Of a stretch of DNA of 36,815 bases, positions 1 to 11,078 are shown piece by piece (position 1 is the stretch's first letter; every line of letters begins with the position of its first letter). The DNA lies in the NCBI GenBank assembly GCA_023231475.1, contig JALJEE010002092.1, positions 1 to 36,815 on the forward strand, given 5' to 3'. The position numbers were made by a program, and so were the translations under genes. The notes under the pieces were generated by a model that was not told where the DNA came from, ran no database searches, and was given only the letters and a program-made list of their open reading frames with translations. The stretch comes from Seison nebaliae. Its lineage: Eukaryota.

Positions 1-500
1 GCGATTCTATTACTTTCGTTGAGTTCGCGGAGGACGCCGTCGATATCCAAACCAAATAACCAGGGACCAAGGATCGTACCTTGACGGACTCCTGAGTTAA
101 TTTAGAAATGAATACTGGAGCAGTGATCGTGAACAACACACCCAGTGGAATTACAAGAGAGGTGAGCGAAAAATCTGAGGATGGGATATTGGACGAGTTG
201 ACGCACTAGATAATCAAAAGCATAAGAAACGTTAACGGAATCGAATGCCTTTGTAGCATCAAGAAAGAGAAGATGTAAAGATAGTTTCATTTCCTTGGCA
301 ATACTTATAGCCGAACGGAGAATGAGAAGGAGAGGATAGGTGCCACGACATGACGATCGATAGGCGAATTGTTATGATGACGAAAAGAGTACATTCCGAT
401 ATCGGATCAAAATGAGGTTCTCGAATACTTTCAGTAGGAACGAAGAAATGCAGATCGGTCTGTATGAATTTAACGAGGTTTGATCGATATTCGGTTTCTT
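1..500 (-). mobile_element. Degenerate non-LTR (LINE) retrotransposon reverse transcriptase fragment, running off the left edge of the window
   Basis: Minus-strand translation KKPNIDQTSLNSYRPICISSFLLKVFE..SSS*QFAYR..LFLDATKAFDSV..HF*INSGVRQGTILGP contains the YRPI, QFAY, LDxxKAFD and GVRQG motifs, with in-frame stops. Confidence 0.9.
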
Positions 501-1312
501 ACTATAACTATAACGGTTTTAATTATAACTCTTACTAATGATATCGTTTAATCTAGAAATACAGAAACTATATCAGTGGTAATTATGGAATCGTTTACGC
601 CTGAATATTTCTCTAAGCACATTCTGCTTTTAAAATTTAACCCTTTTACATAATACTGTGATTAAATTGGAACAAACCTTTGATGTTTTATATATGTAGT
701 ATACTATTAATAATAATCAAGATGTGTTTGTTATATTAAGTTGTTAATTAGTAGTTTATTTATAAATAATAATAAATTAATTGTTATAAAAAATAATAAA
801 TGTAAACTGTTCAATATACTACTTTCACTAACATCGTAATAAAAGTACAACATTATTAAGAGATACAAATGAAGTTATAGTACTGTGAAAAGAATACAAC
901 GGAGAACTAACTTTTTCGACTTTAACCGATTTCTACATTTCAGTTTGAAACTAAATTAATGAAAGAAGAACTACATATCTAATGATTATCAAATAATATT
1001 TTAAGTAGTTAAACTAAATGTTAATCCGAAAATTTTCAATGTTATGCGCAACAATTGAACATGAACTGATTATTTTTCCACCTTGAATTAGACAATTGAA
1101 ATAACTTATAATTTTACTAAATAATTGTAGAATTTGCCATTGGAAGTTTTTAAGCTTTTACGCAGTATACTATTTTTCGTGTAAATTATATAAGAGGAGA
1201 ATATGGAAAAATATTACGACAATTCCCAAGCTTAGAAGTTTGTCAAATTTTCACGTTTTTTTTAATTTCCCCAATTTGTCAATCTATCTCATTAGATCAA
1301 GATCAATCAACG

Positions 1313-1895
1313 ATGGTTACATTTCCTAATTTTTTGATACTAATAAAAGTATGTTAGGCAGAGGAAGCTAAAGTTAATCCAAAAGCATTTCCTTTGGCAG
1401 ATGCCACTTTATCAAAGGAAATTCTTGATCTTGTCCAACAGGCCAATAATTACCATCAATTAAAGAAAGGAGCGAACGAAGGTTTTCATTTAATTTGAAA
1501 TTTATTTCTTTTCTAACGAAATTTACCATTTCATTTAAATTAGCAACGAAAACGCTAAATCGAGGAATATCAGAAGTAATTGTTATGGCTGCGAATACGA
1601 ATCCAATAGAAATTCTTATGCATCTTCCCCTGTTGTGTGAAGATAAAGTTAAATTTTGAAAATGTTAATTAAAACTTTTATTTTATTTAAAGAATGTTCC
1701 ATATGTTTTCGTTACTTCTAAACAAGGTTGGTTTTTTTTTCAATAGATTTATTTTTAATTTTCTTCTTAGCTTTGGGTCGAGCGTGTGGTGTTAGCCGAT
1801 CAGTGATGGCATGTAGTATCACGAAGAATGAGGGCTCTCAACTCAAAAATCAATTACAAGCACTCCAAACGAATATTGAGAAATTATTAATTTGA
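1313..1895 (+). CDS. SNU13: SNU13/15.5K (NHP2L1), L7Ae-family U4/U6 and box C/D snoRNP protein; 5 exons
   Basis: Exons 1313-1315, 1358-1481, 1544-1647, 1693-1726 and 1771-1895 give [68 protein letters not shown]. Confidence 0.96.
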
Positions 1896-1963
1896 ATGAA
1901 AATATTTAAGGAATTGTATTTTATTATATATATTCATTAATTGTTTTTTCATAAATTTCTTTT

Positions 1964-3668
1964 TTACATTATAATATCAGAAGATGGTGTGATACTTCCA
2001 GTAATAACATTAAATATCCAATTACTATAATCCATCATATTAGTTAATCGACCTTTACCAATATCTTCACGCACTTCATAATCGGTAAAAGAGACCATTC
2101 CAATCATTCGCCAAGTTCCAACTTTTCCATTATAACTGACAATTGGAGATCCGATATCATACTTGGAAATTTAAAAGTAAAATATTTAGAAAAAATAATT
2201 TTAAGGAAAAATATCTAACTCGACAATTTTGTTCTAGTTGATCGTTGATGGATGGCTGTTTTTCCGATTTCGAACAAAATTCATGTTTGCTTAAATAAAA
2301 TTTACATTTAGAACGTTCCACTACAGTTATTGGATAAAATCGTTTTAAGAGATTGGTTATGGTAACTGTGGGTCGTCCTATTAAAAAATTGAGGAATTTT
2401 AATAATTATTTAGAAATGGAGATTATACGTTTAATTTTAACTTGTACCTTTCCATCCAACAACAAATGCCTCAGTTCCCTTTTCTGGTAATCGAGTGAAT
2501 GGCATCTCTGGAATATTGGGAGGAGTAATTGTCGGAATTTCGATACATACTGGACTCATAATTTGAGGAGGTACCGATTCGCTAACTTTTAAGATAAGAA
2601 TATCATTTTGAATGTTCTCATGAATTCGTGGTAACTGAATGAATGGATATTATTCCGTTTAAATTAGAGAAAATTCAATAACATGATACGCTTTCGATAC
2701 CGTTGAATATTTTTTATTGGAATTGTAAGAAATATCATTTCCATCTTTAACATCTGTATATATTCTCCATTGTAATTCAGATTTAGTTTTAGGAAAATAT
2801 CGATTGATTATGGATAAGACATTCGCATAACACGAGTAGGATGTCAGAAAATAATCTGAATGAATCATTGTGGCAACACAATGAGTTAATTTCAGCGTCA
2901 TTAAATCATTCGGTGTTCGTTCAATTCGTCCCTTATAGAATGAAATTTTTTCGATTAAAAGTTATCAATCAGTTCATGAAAAGAAAAAATATGAATATTT
3001 ATTAACATAGATGACTAATATTCCCAACCAAGGGAAACCATCTTTAGCTTGATAGCCACAACTTGTTGAATCTATTAAACTGAATCCATTTTCTTTTACA
3101 CCTACGCCACATTCTCCGACAATCGTTTGCAAATCTTAAGAACAAACGAAAAAAACTACAAATGTAATTGAAATGTAGTTGAATTAACATAGTTCGTGAT
3201 TGTTTTCGGTACCATCACATTCTCTAAACGTTTGATGAAAGAGATAATCGTAATAAATTGAACACCAATAATACCCACCCGCTACACAGGAGAACATCAA
3301 TTGTCCTTCACGTTCAAATGGAAACTGGCAAGTTGAATCTACGATATTTGTTGATGAAGGAAATCATAAGAATTTTAATAACTTCGACAATATAAATAAT
3401 TGTTGGATCCAGGAACATATGTTTCATCTAAACTACACCACGGTTCTCTAGCTTCACCTCCATTCGTACAATCATGTAATTGAGCATCTCCATAATTAAA
3501 TGGAATTTTACATTCCGCTATGATGTATAAAATATAATAATTTAATATATATATATATATATTTATAAATAAGTTTGTCAAAAAAGAATAAAACGAACGT
3601 GGAATTACTGATTTGGTAGAAAATGGTTTCCAAATTAGAAAGAGAATTAATAAAAAAAATATTTTCAT
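1964..3668 (-). CDS. Secreted protein with two fibronectin type II-like repeats and a catalytically dead trypsin-like domain; 8 exons
   Basis: Signal peptide MKIFFLLILFLIW; FN2-like motifs CKIPFNY..PWCS and CQFPFE..YWCS; trypsin-fold motifs FPWLG, CVATMIHSDYFLTSYSC, NDILILK, PVC, VVGW, CRYDIGSPIV. Donors at 3598, 3382, 3188, 3006, 2682, 2441 (or 2447) and 2219. Confidence 0.8.
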
Positions 3669-3813
3669 TTTAAAATTTATTCAAAATTAAAAGAAAAGTA
3701 AAAAAATATGTCTTTGGAGAAGAAAACTTTCATTAAAGTCCTCCATAAATATTGTCTGATGTTGGCATGAGAACACCATAAAATAATTTTTACTGGTCTT
3801 TTCTCACCATCTC

Positions 3814-5304
3814 CTACGAAAATAAATAGGCATACTTGAACGAAAAATGACGATCGATCGGTGTATTATTAATTGTTCCATTTATACTTCCATTAATCCA
3901 TCCATTATAATCGACGACTTTCGTTAAACTAATTTTTATTGAACAAAAACAAATTTCATTTTACACTGAGAAAAACATTTGTAGGGCAGAAAAATAACCG
4001 AGCATATTTACAATCGAATGTAAATTGTATGATAATTCCGATGACACTAAACCGTTTTGATGATGAATCATAAATGATGAAACTATTTCCTAAGTTATTC
4101 TGGGAGGCGATAGAATAAAAGAAGACGTTTGAGAAAACTAACGAAACATAAATTTTTATTAATTTCATGATCAGATAACCAGTAGTCGGATGTTATGCAA
4201 AATTCATGAGAGTAAAGAGTTAAGTGGCCACATTTCTCATTCGGAATGACTCGGTAACTCGTAAACTTAATCGATTGATTCTTATCAGTTTTTGTCCATT
4301 CTTTTTAATAGAATTTAATCGAAAAATTAAAAATTTCTTAATAGTTATCTAACTGAATAATCCTTTGCCAACAAGATATCCTTCGGTATTAGGTGAAGGA
4401 ATATTGGAAGAAATGATAAAATCTCTGTCGTTTGGAACATCTTCAGTTTTAATTAAACAAATCGGAGTAATCTCTTCTGATGAATAATATTTGATTAATG
4501 CGATTTCATGATATCGGTTATTGTAAAGTGGATGCTGAAAAAATAATACATTGTAATAATTAAGAGAAAATGACGAACGATAATCACCGTCTGGACTTGG
4601 GAATTTTTCCCATTAATCGAAATGTAAAGATAAGAATTAGATGATGAAATATTGGAATAAATTAATTGCTCATCCGCATCTCGGAAACATTTGACATTTG
4701 TCATTATCCATTCTTTATCGATAACAATTCCATCGCATCGATTGACATTGGTGGAAATTGTTTTATTATTATTTAATGTAACAGAAGCCATAATTGTAAT
4801 AGAGACGAACCATTTCCAAACTCCATCAATCTCACCATATTTCTTCACCGGTTTTATTTCAATATCTTCCTTACCACAATTCTCGTTGACATAATGGAAA
4901 ACTAATTCTATCAATATCATTCCAATCAACATTTATATGTAACCTTTTCTTGGACAGTCATCGTTGGCAAATGAGAGATAAGGCGAAACATAATCGATAA
5001 AATATGATGTGGATGAACACCAATTATCAACACAATCAAAGAAATATTTATCTTTGTAATAGAATGGAAATTGACATTTCACTTCACAAGCCAATTCCTC
5101 CTCTTTCGATGATAAACAAACTGCCGTTTCATCAACAGATCTCATGCAAATTGATTGCATTCTGTTATTCCCAGAGAAAATTGACTTACAATCATCTTCA
5201 ATCGAAAATGATTATAATTGAAGTAGGAATTGAGAGTACTAACTATTAGTAACTAATTCACCTTTAACGACGAATAAGAAAAAATAGATGAAAAAAAAAT
5301 TCAT
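3814..5304 (-). CDS. Tandem paralogue: secreted FN2-like plus inactive trypsin-like protein; 7 exons, 3' end less certain
   Basis: Signal peptide MNFFFIYFFLFVVKG; CQFPFYYKDKYFFDC..WCS; WKWFVSI, CDGIVIDKEWIMTNVKC, HPLY..EIALIK, PICL, CFNNLGNSFII, TKVVDYNGWI. Donors at 5243, 4943, 4578, 4353, 4142 and 3998. Confidence 0.75.
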
Positions 5305-5380
5305 GTTCCTTCTTAAATAAATTGTTGAAGAAAAAATGAGAGAAAATAATTTTATTTCCAGAAAACAAAAAGAAAAACGA

Positions 5381-5925
5381 TTATTGTACAATAAATGATT
5401 GACGAACCATTTTAACACATTTATCATAATATTCTCCAATATCGTCACTTCGTTCAATCAACAAAATACAGGAAGTCTTCTTTGAACCAATTGCAACGCC
5501 CATGTCCTATTTTGAACAGTTGAACGGTTTTAATGAGAACAAAAAAAAACAAACTTTTCTAGATGGCAAATAAATGTAGGGAATATCTCTGTCCTCTAAA
5601 TATATGGGAACGTGGGAATATGTATCGATTGGAGAGACATCACCAGCAAGCACTACTAGACCTTTTCCACCTTTCTTTATCGATTTGAGACAATCTCTCA
5701 ATCCTTGTGTTACTAAATGCTCCTCATTGGCTATTCATCGAAATATTCAAGATATGTCTACAATTAACACAAAAATTAACCTGCTGTTATCAGTTTATAC
5801 AACCGTTTCGACAATTTCTTCGTAGCCAACGGACTTGCAATTTCATTTATATGCTCAACTTTTTCTTCATATGTTAAATTGAGTGTGTCTTCAGTAACTT
5901 CAGTCTCGTCCTCAACTTGTCCCAT
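5381..5925 (-). CDS. NHP2: NHP2, H/ACA snoRNP subunit (L7Ae family); 3 exons
   Basis: Spliced product MGQVED..TYEEKVEHINEIASPLATKKLSKRLYKLI..KGGKGLVVLAGDVSPIDTYSHVPIYLEDRDIPYIYLPSRKDMGVAIGSKK..; introns 5731-5780 and 5507-5554. Confidence 0.93.
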
Positions 5926-6479
5926 TTTTCAACATATGCTTTTTTGATATAAAACTAAAAATTTAAAATTCAAAAATTTACAATCTATCTTATACTTCAT
6001 CTTAATATCAAATTGACAGTACAATATTTCCTAATCTTTTTAAAGTATTGGAGGAAGATTGAATATCAAATTTGATATATTATAAGATACTGCATTTTTT
6101 ATGAATTAACCAATCGATCATAGGTTTTTTTACTCTTTTCTTTATACATACTATGGTTTGTATAATGTATTGTTAGCTATTATTCGCATACGTTCACAAA
6201 ATGACCTAATGTTACCGAAGATATTATCAAAAAAAGGAAGAAGTTGGTCAAACGACCACAGAAATTAAATTCATTTACCTCGACAACCTATGAATTAGCG
6301 CTTAAAAGTGCATAGATTTTTGAAGTAACTATGTAGAAAAAATTCATTATTAATTGTTAACCTATATTCAAAAAATCAAACAGTTTGGATCAATATTCAT
6401 GATTTTATCAAGTAAAATGTAACGAGCATTTTTTAGTTTTTTCTCAATTTTTCTTGAAAAAATACGCTTACTACTATCG

Positions 6480-6805
6480 AAGGATTCCACCGGTCGAATA
6501 AAAATCAATGGGCACATTGGAAACGAATATGGAATTAATAAAGGCGTACGTCAAGGTTCCGTCCCCGCCCCTTGGATATTTGGGAAAATATTTGATGATG
6601 TAATAATTCCGTGTAATAACCGATTCTCGTTTTCATTGGAAAACTATAATTATCCCGCAGTTCTTGCATATGCTGATGATATAGTCATCCTCGCAGCCTC
6701 ATCAAAAAATCTGAAAATGGTTTATGATGTAGTGGTGAGAAGAATGAGCCAGTGCGGAATTGAATGTAACAACAGGAAGTCCAAAATCATAACTAATCGA
6801 ACGAT
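6480..6805 (+). mobile_element. Isolated non-LTR retrotransposon RT fragment (GVRQG to YADD region)
   Basis: Translation STGRIKINGHIGNEYGINKGVRQGSVPAPWIF..LAYADDIVILA..GIECNNRKSK, with no flanking full-length ORF. Confidence 0.88.
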
Positions 6806-6930
6806 TTTACCTCGCTTATTCTTTATAAAATTTCTAAACGATATTTTCGAAACATGCAGGAGAGAGAAAAATGAACTCTTATGCAAAATGCCCTGTTAAT
6901 GCATGAAATATTTTAATTTTTTAAGATTTT

Positions 6931-7017
6931 TTTGCACTATCTTTAAGAGCTTGAATAGGGCTATTTTGTGATATCTACCCTTACAAAAGATACTACATAG
7001 AACAGAAGTTATGACCT
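6931..7017 (+). repeat. Dispersed repeat copy 1 (partner at ~36005-36091)
   Basis: 6951-7017 aligns ungapped to 36025-36091 at 49/67 identities by hand count, with similarity extending about 20 nt upstream. Confidence 0.75.
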
Positions 7018-7295
7018 GTTTTATAAGAACGTAAAAGTGTCCGATTACTTTAAATTCCTACTGTATTATGTATAACTGGTAAATTGAAAAGCTCGAAACG
7101 AATATAATAAAATTCACTTATCATATCGAATAGTGAATTAATGTAAATTTTCCAATAATTTCAAAGTTTTCTTCACTCCTTTTATATAAATATTTCAATT
7201 AATTTTTTAAATTTATTAGAAATTATATATATATATATATAAGAATAATAATAAAGACGAATAAATTTAGTCGTATTGAAAATATAATAAAAATA

Positions 7296-8174
7296 TTAAT
7301 CATAATAATCATCCAGTGAAGCGTCATTAACAGTAACTATAACATGAGTCATTGGAATGACTTCAGTGTCTGATTTATTATGGAAAAAATTATTTCCAAT
7401 AGCATAAAGTAGAGCAGGCTCTTTAAACCAAAAACCAAAGCCATATTTTTTCGCCAATTCATTAGTATCATATGCTCCAAAAGAAGTTTGCATTTTAGAA
7501 ATGTGTTTATCTATTAAATTGTGTGAATGAATAATAATTGGATCTAATTTATAATTCGTCTCACATGTTATCGGAGAGGAATGTGCGAACGTATACACTT
7601 GCTCATTATCTTCCTCAGTGTCAGTTAGAAAACGTATCACAAAGGTAAGATTTGAATATTTTTTCGATAACTCAGATAATTTGATTAATCCTCCGAAATA
7701 CTTATAATTATTTTCATAGAAACCATGCTGATATTGAACAAATGAATAATTTAGTGGATGTTTCATCGAAATAAATAATGGGCTGTTTGATGCTTCTTCC
7801 GGTAATGTTATTGTTTCATATTTTTGTAAAATTTTACCGTTTTCACTTTTGACGAATGCTTTTGACTTCGATTCGATATTGTTCAGCAGATAAATAACTA
7901 CATCTTGTGAATTTTGTCTGTCAAAAAATTTTTTATTACAATTCTCATACGACATGAGATAAGATACATCTATTGAATGATTATTGATTAGTTCTAGTTT
8001 AAAACCGAGACAATCAACCATTTTCAAACATCTAACAGCCACCAGAGAGATATACCAGTCACCACATTTATCATTTCTCCAATTATTGTAATAACTCTGA
8101 AATTTTATAACATTTTTAACACCAACTATTCCCTCCAAAGTGCATAACGATAATATAATTAATGATAATAACAT
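7296..8174 (-). CDS. Intronless 292-aa predicted secreted protein of unknown family
   Basis: Long ORF in AT-rich DNA with a hydrophobic N-terminus MLLSLIILSLCTLEG and an N-terminal Cys cluster; no family recognised. Confidence 0.7.
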   Translation of the reverse strand: MLLSLIILSLCTLEGIVGVKNVIKFQSYYNNWRNDKCGDWYISLVAVRCLKMVDCLGFKLELINNHSIDVSYLMSYENCNKKFFDRQNSQDVVIYLLNNIESKSKAFVKSENGKILQKYETITLPEEASNSPLFISMKHPLNYSFVQYQHGFYENNYKYFGGLIKLSELSKKYSNLTFVIRFLTDTEEDNEQVYTFAHSSPITCETNYKLDPIIIHSHNLIDKHISKMQTSFGAYDTNELAKKYGFGFWFKEPALLYAIGNNFFHNKSDTEVIPMTHVIVTVNDASLDDYYD

Positions 8175-8679
8175 CTTGGAAAAAGGGTAAGTATTTAATT
8201 AGTAAATCAGAAAGTGAGTGTATAGAATGAAACAAAAATTTTCGACTATCCTTATTAAATTGAAAATATAATTGAAATTTATATTTACATTTAACAAATA
8301 AGAGTGATGAGATTTCGATATAACGAATAATCTAATTTGTCCACAAAACTCTATTAATAGTTAATTGAATTAGTTATGTCCATTGATTGTAATCAATATG
8401 CAGATAAAACGTTTACAGATGGAAATGGGTAGGGAATGAATCTGTCAAAAAACCACATGAAAATGACCTTTGGAGAAAAGTGATATAAAACGGAGAAATA
8501 ATTGCGATTTCTATAGAACAAAAAAATCACATTAGGTTGAAGGAAAACTATAGTTTTTTATGAAACCTGTAAAAATCATGAAAAGTTACTGAAATTAGTT
8601 GAATTTTACTATATGAACTAATTTTTTTCAGGAAATTTATGCATTGAATATGGTCTTTTTACTATGATAAATACTAGAA

Positions 8680-9300
8680 TTTACAAAAGTACGTTAATGG
8701 TTGAATTTTATCCATAAACTTTGACAAAATTGCTCATTAAATGTGCATCGCATTTTGTGCCATATCAAACGAAACAAGAGAAATCCCAAAATTCTTAAAG
8801 ATTCTCAACATTTGAAATTGTTTACAATTTTTTTCCGAACGAATTATAGAACATACTCTGCTTGAATATAAAATTTTTGAACAAATTTTACCAAATTGTT
8901 ATAATCTCCTGGACCATGTTATTAATAAAAATAGATTTCCTGTCACGCACTCACGTCGTAGAAAAATTTGATATCAAAGGGAAATTTGGAAGTTTATTCA
9001 AAGTTCTACATGTCTGCCGATCTAAATAAGAACGGAAATTCGCATCAGTTCTTAAACTGTTTCTAAATAGCATAATTGTTCCTTACAAAATTGTTTATAT
9101 TAAATTCGATCATCGATTAACAAATTGCATTTTGTTCGACACAATTCATAATCAACCTATTTTATTCATTAATATTTTTCTCGAGCAACAGGAAGATGGG
9201 GAGTTATAAAAATTAATTTGATCATACTTTATATTATTTCGGAAACATATTGTGGAGGAAAAAATGCTTCACAGATTTCAATGTCGAATAATTGAGGAAA
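8680..9300 (-). mobile_element. Possible highly decayed CACTA/EnSpm(CMC)-like DNA transposase relic
   Basis: Broken frames read LRTDANFRSY..LNKLPNFPLISNF, NNMVQEIITIW and LMSNFVKVYG*NSTINV. These resemble the RTDxxF / DxMH..LG..W / FVxLYG..TxNVH blocks of animal CMC transposases, from memory only. Confidence 0.4.
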
Positions 9301-9423
9301 GCATTAAAATTGAGAATTATTCAAAGAAAGATCGAGGAGGAGGTATTTCATAGCCAGTATGGTCTTTATTTTGTTTTATAAGTTCTTCAGACGTGTTGAA
9401 TATAATAGTAGAGTCTAGGACAT

Positions 9424-9480
9424 AAGAGCCACGATACAAAAGAGCCGCCGACAAAAGGGCCACCGACAAAAGAGCCACGC
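9424..9480. repeat. Four imperfect 14-15 bp direct repeats (AAAAGAGCCACCGAC-like), probably a transposon subterminal array
   Basis: aagagccacgatac / aaaagagccgccgac / aaaagggccaccgac / aaaagagccacgc; GC-rich relative to background and adjacent to the MULE relic. Confidence 0.8.
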
Positions 9481-9659
9481 AGACTTTGATTTTCTTCGAA
9501 CAGGAGAAACATAAAAAGCCAGGTTCATGATTTGACTCGAGCCCGGTCATGAATTGGAATGGATTCCTCTCAAAGTGAAGTAAAATAAGTAAAACACAGT
9601 ATAGGACTGTACAGGATTATCATGCACGGATTTTTGTTATCATAAATTTACAGAGAAAT

Positions 9660-10050
9660 TTACAGATAATGTTGAACCCGAGTTAAAAAATTTTCATCAC
9701 AATGCTCCGTTAATTTTGGATCCGATTTTTAATTATTTCCATCAACAATTCATTGGTTATCGGGATATTCGGAATAATTTGATAAATAACCATTTTCCCA
9801 TTCATGTCTCGAACAATTTCGAAGCAATGCGGAAAAACAGCACTCCTTCTATTACTAATAATATTGCGGAAATTTTCAATAATTATTTCAATTGAATATC
9901 CTCGGGTTAACAGGTAGATATATTCCGATTCTTGGACAACATCGAAGACGTTGAAACATACATTGAGATAAGGATTTTGGAAGCAGAAAGGAATAAAAAT
10001 CTAAAAATGAAGAAAACACTTACTGCTCATTTGAAAAACTTAACTGACGC
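9660..10050 (+). mobile_element. Decayed Mutator/MULE transposase C-terminal fragment
   Basis: Translation PIFNYFHQQFIG..HFPIHVSN..ITNNIAEIFNNYFN*..DIFRFLDNI matches the MULE pattern YF..xIG / FP..WN / TNNxxE / IxxFI; contains stop codons. Confidence 0.6.
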
Positions 10051-11078
10051 ATTTGATACGATGGAGTTTTCATCAAATTTCGAAGAAATAAAGAAAATTG
10101 TATGAACTATCTATATATAGTAAATTTTTTATTTATTTTCTCAAAGTTGCATATCCGTTTATGTATTCAGTTGATATTCTGTTTATGGTAACATTTAATC
10201 AACTTTACATTCAACGTACATGTCTTTATAGATTAACAAATAAGTTTCTCGACTTGCTAAAATTGCATAAATTATCTTCGTCGGAGAATCAAATTCGTGG
10301 TTATGTCGATAAATTATGCAGTTCTGGAAGCATTTCTTCTCACTCTTCATTAGGACCATCTTATCTAATTGTAAGAATCATTAACCACAGAAAGTTAGTC
10401 AACTCGTAGTAGTCAACTTATGTTCGTAAATATTCGATTGTCGAAATATGCACGACTTAGCAGATAATTCAGCCAAAACGAACATTCAGCATATAAAATT
10501 AGTAAATTAATGATTAAATGAACTTATCTAATGCTATACAAATTTTTAGTGAAAAATAAATTTTAGATCCTAATATATGAGATATGGTTTGAGGTCTCTA
10601 AATATTATTGATTTTTTGACAATAGCAATTGAATAATTATTATCGAAAAAAAAATTTGAAATTTTAACATTTGTTTGTGTATATTTCGAGTAAATTTTCA
10701 AATATGAAATTTGAAAACTTTATTTCGATTTTCAAAAAATGTTCAATCATGTTGTAAATTTTCATAATTTTACAGTATGATTAAATTATATTTAATAAAT
10801 TAAATTAAACTTGACCTTCATTACATGAGAATTGCAGCAGCTTACTATTTTTCTGAAATATTTTCTAAAAACAACAATATTTTAGAAAAGATTATAAATG
10901 TTCTACAATTTCGAAAGAGAGAGAAGTTATGTAATCTTATTTGTAAATTGACGAATTTATCAAAATATCTACTTCTTTTAGCAAACAACTGATGTCCGTT
11001 TGTTTTGAAACAGTCGAATTATAGAATTATATTTATCTGTTAGAATATCTATTTGTAACTGTAAGTTTAGCTATCGTG

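Noticed and set aside
505..517. TAACTATAACGGT at the LINE fragment boundary, matching the start of the LSU rRNA I-CeuI site
   Set aside because: Only 13 AT-rich bases, no flanking rRNA similarity, and it is not the eukaryotic 28S version; probably chance.
8186..8194. ATACTTACC on the minus strand, like the U1 snRNA 5' end
   Set aside because: Followed directly by the orphan CDS start, with no U1 stem-loops or Sm site. I found no snRNA gene in the window.
6885..8660. Weak inverted similarity (ccctgttaatgcatgaa vs ttatgcattgaatatgg) flanking the orphan gene, as possible TIRs
   Set aside because: Too short and degenerate in AT-rich DNA, and no target-site duplication was seen.
9424..9480. Short repeat array as a CRISPR-like locus
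   Set aside because: The repeats are contiguous with no spacers, and the context is eukaryotic.
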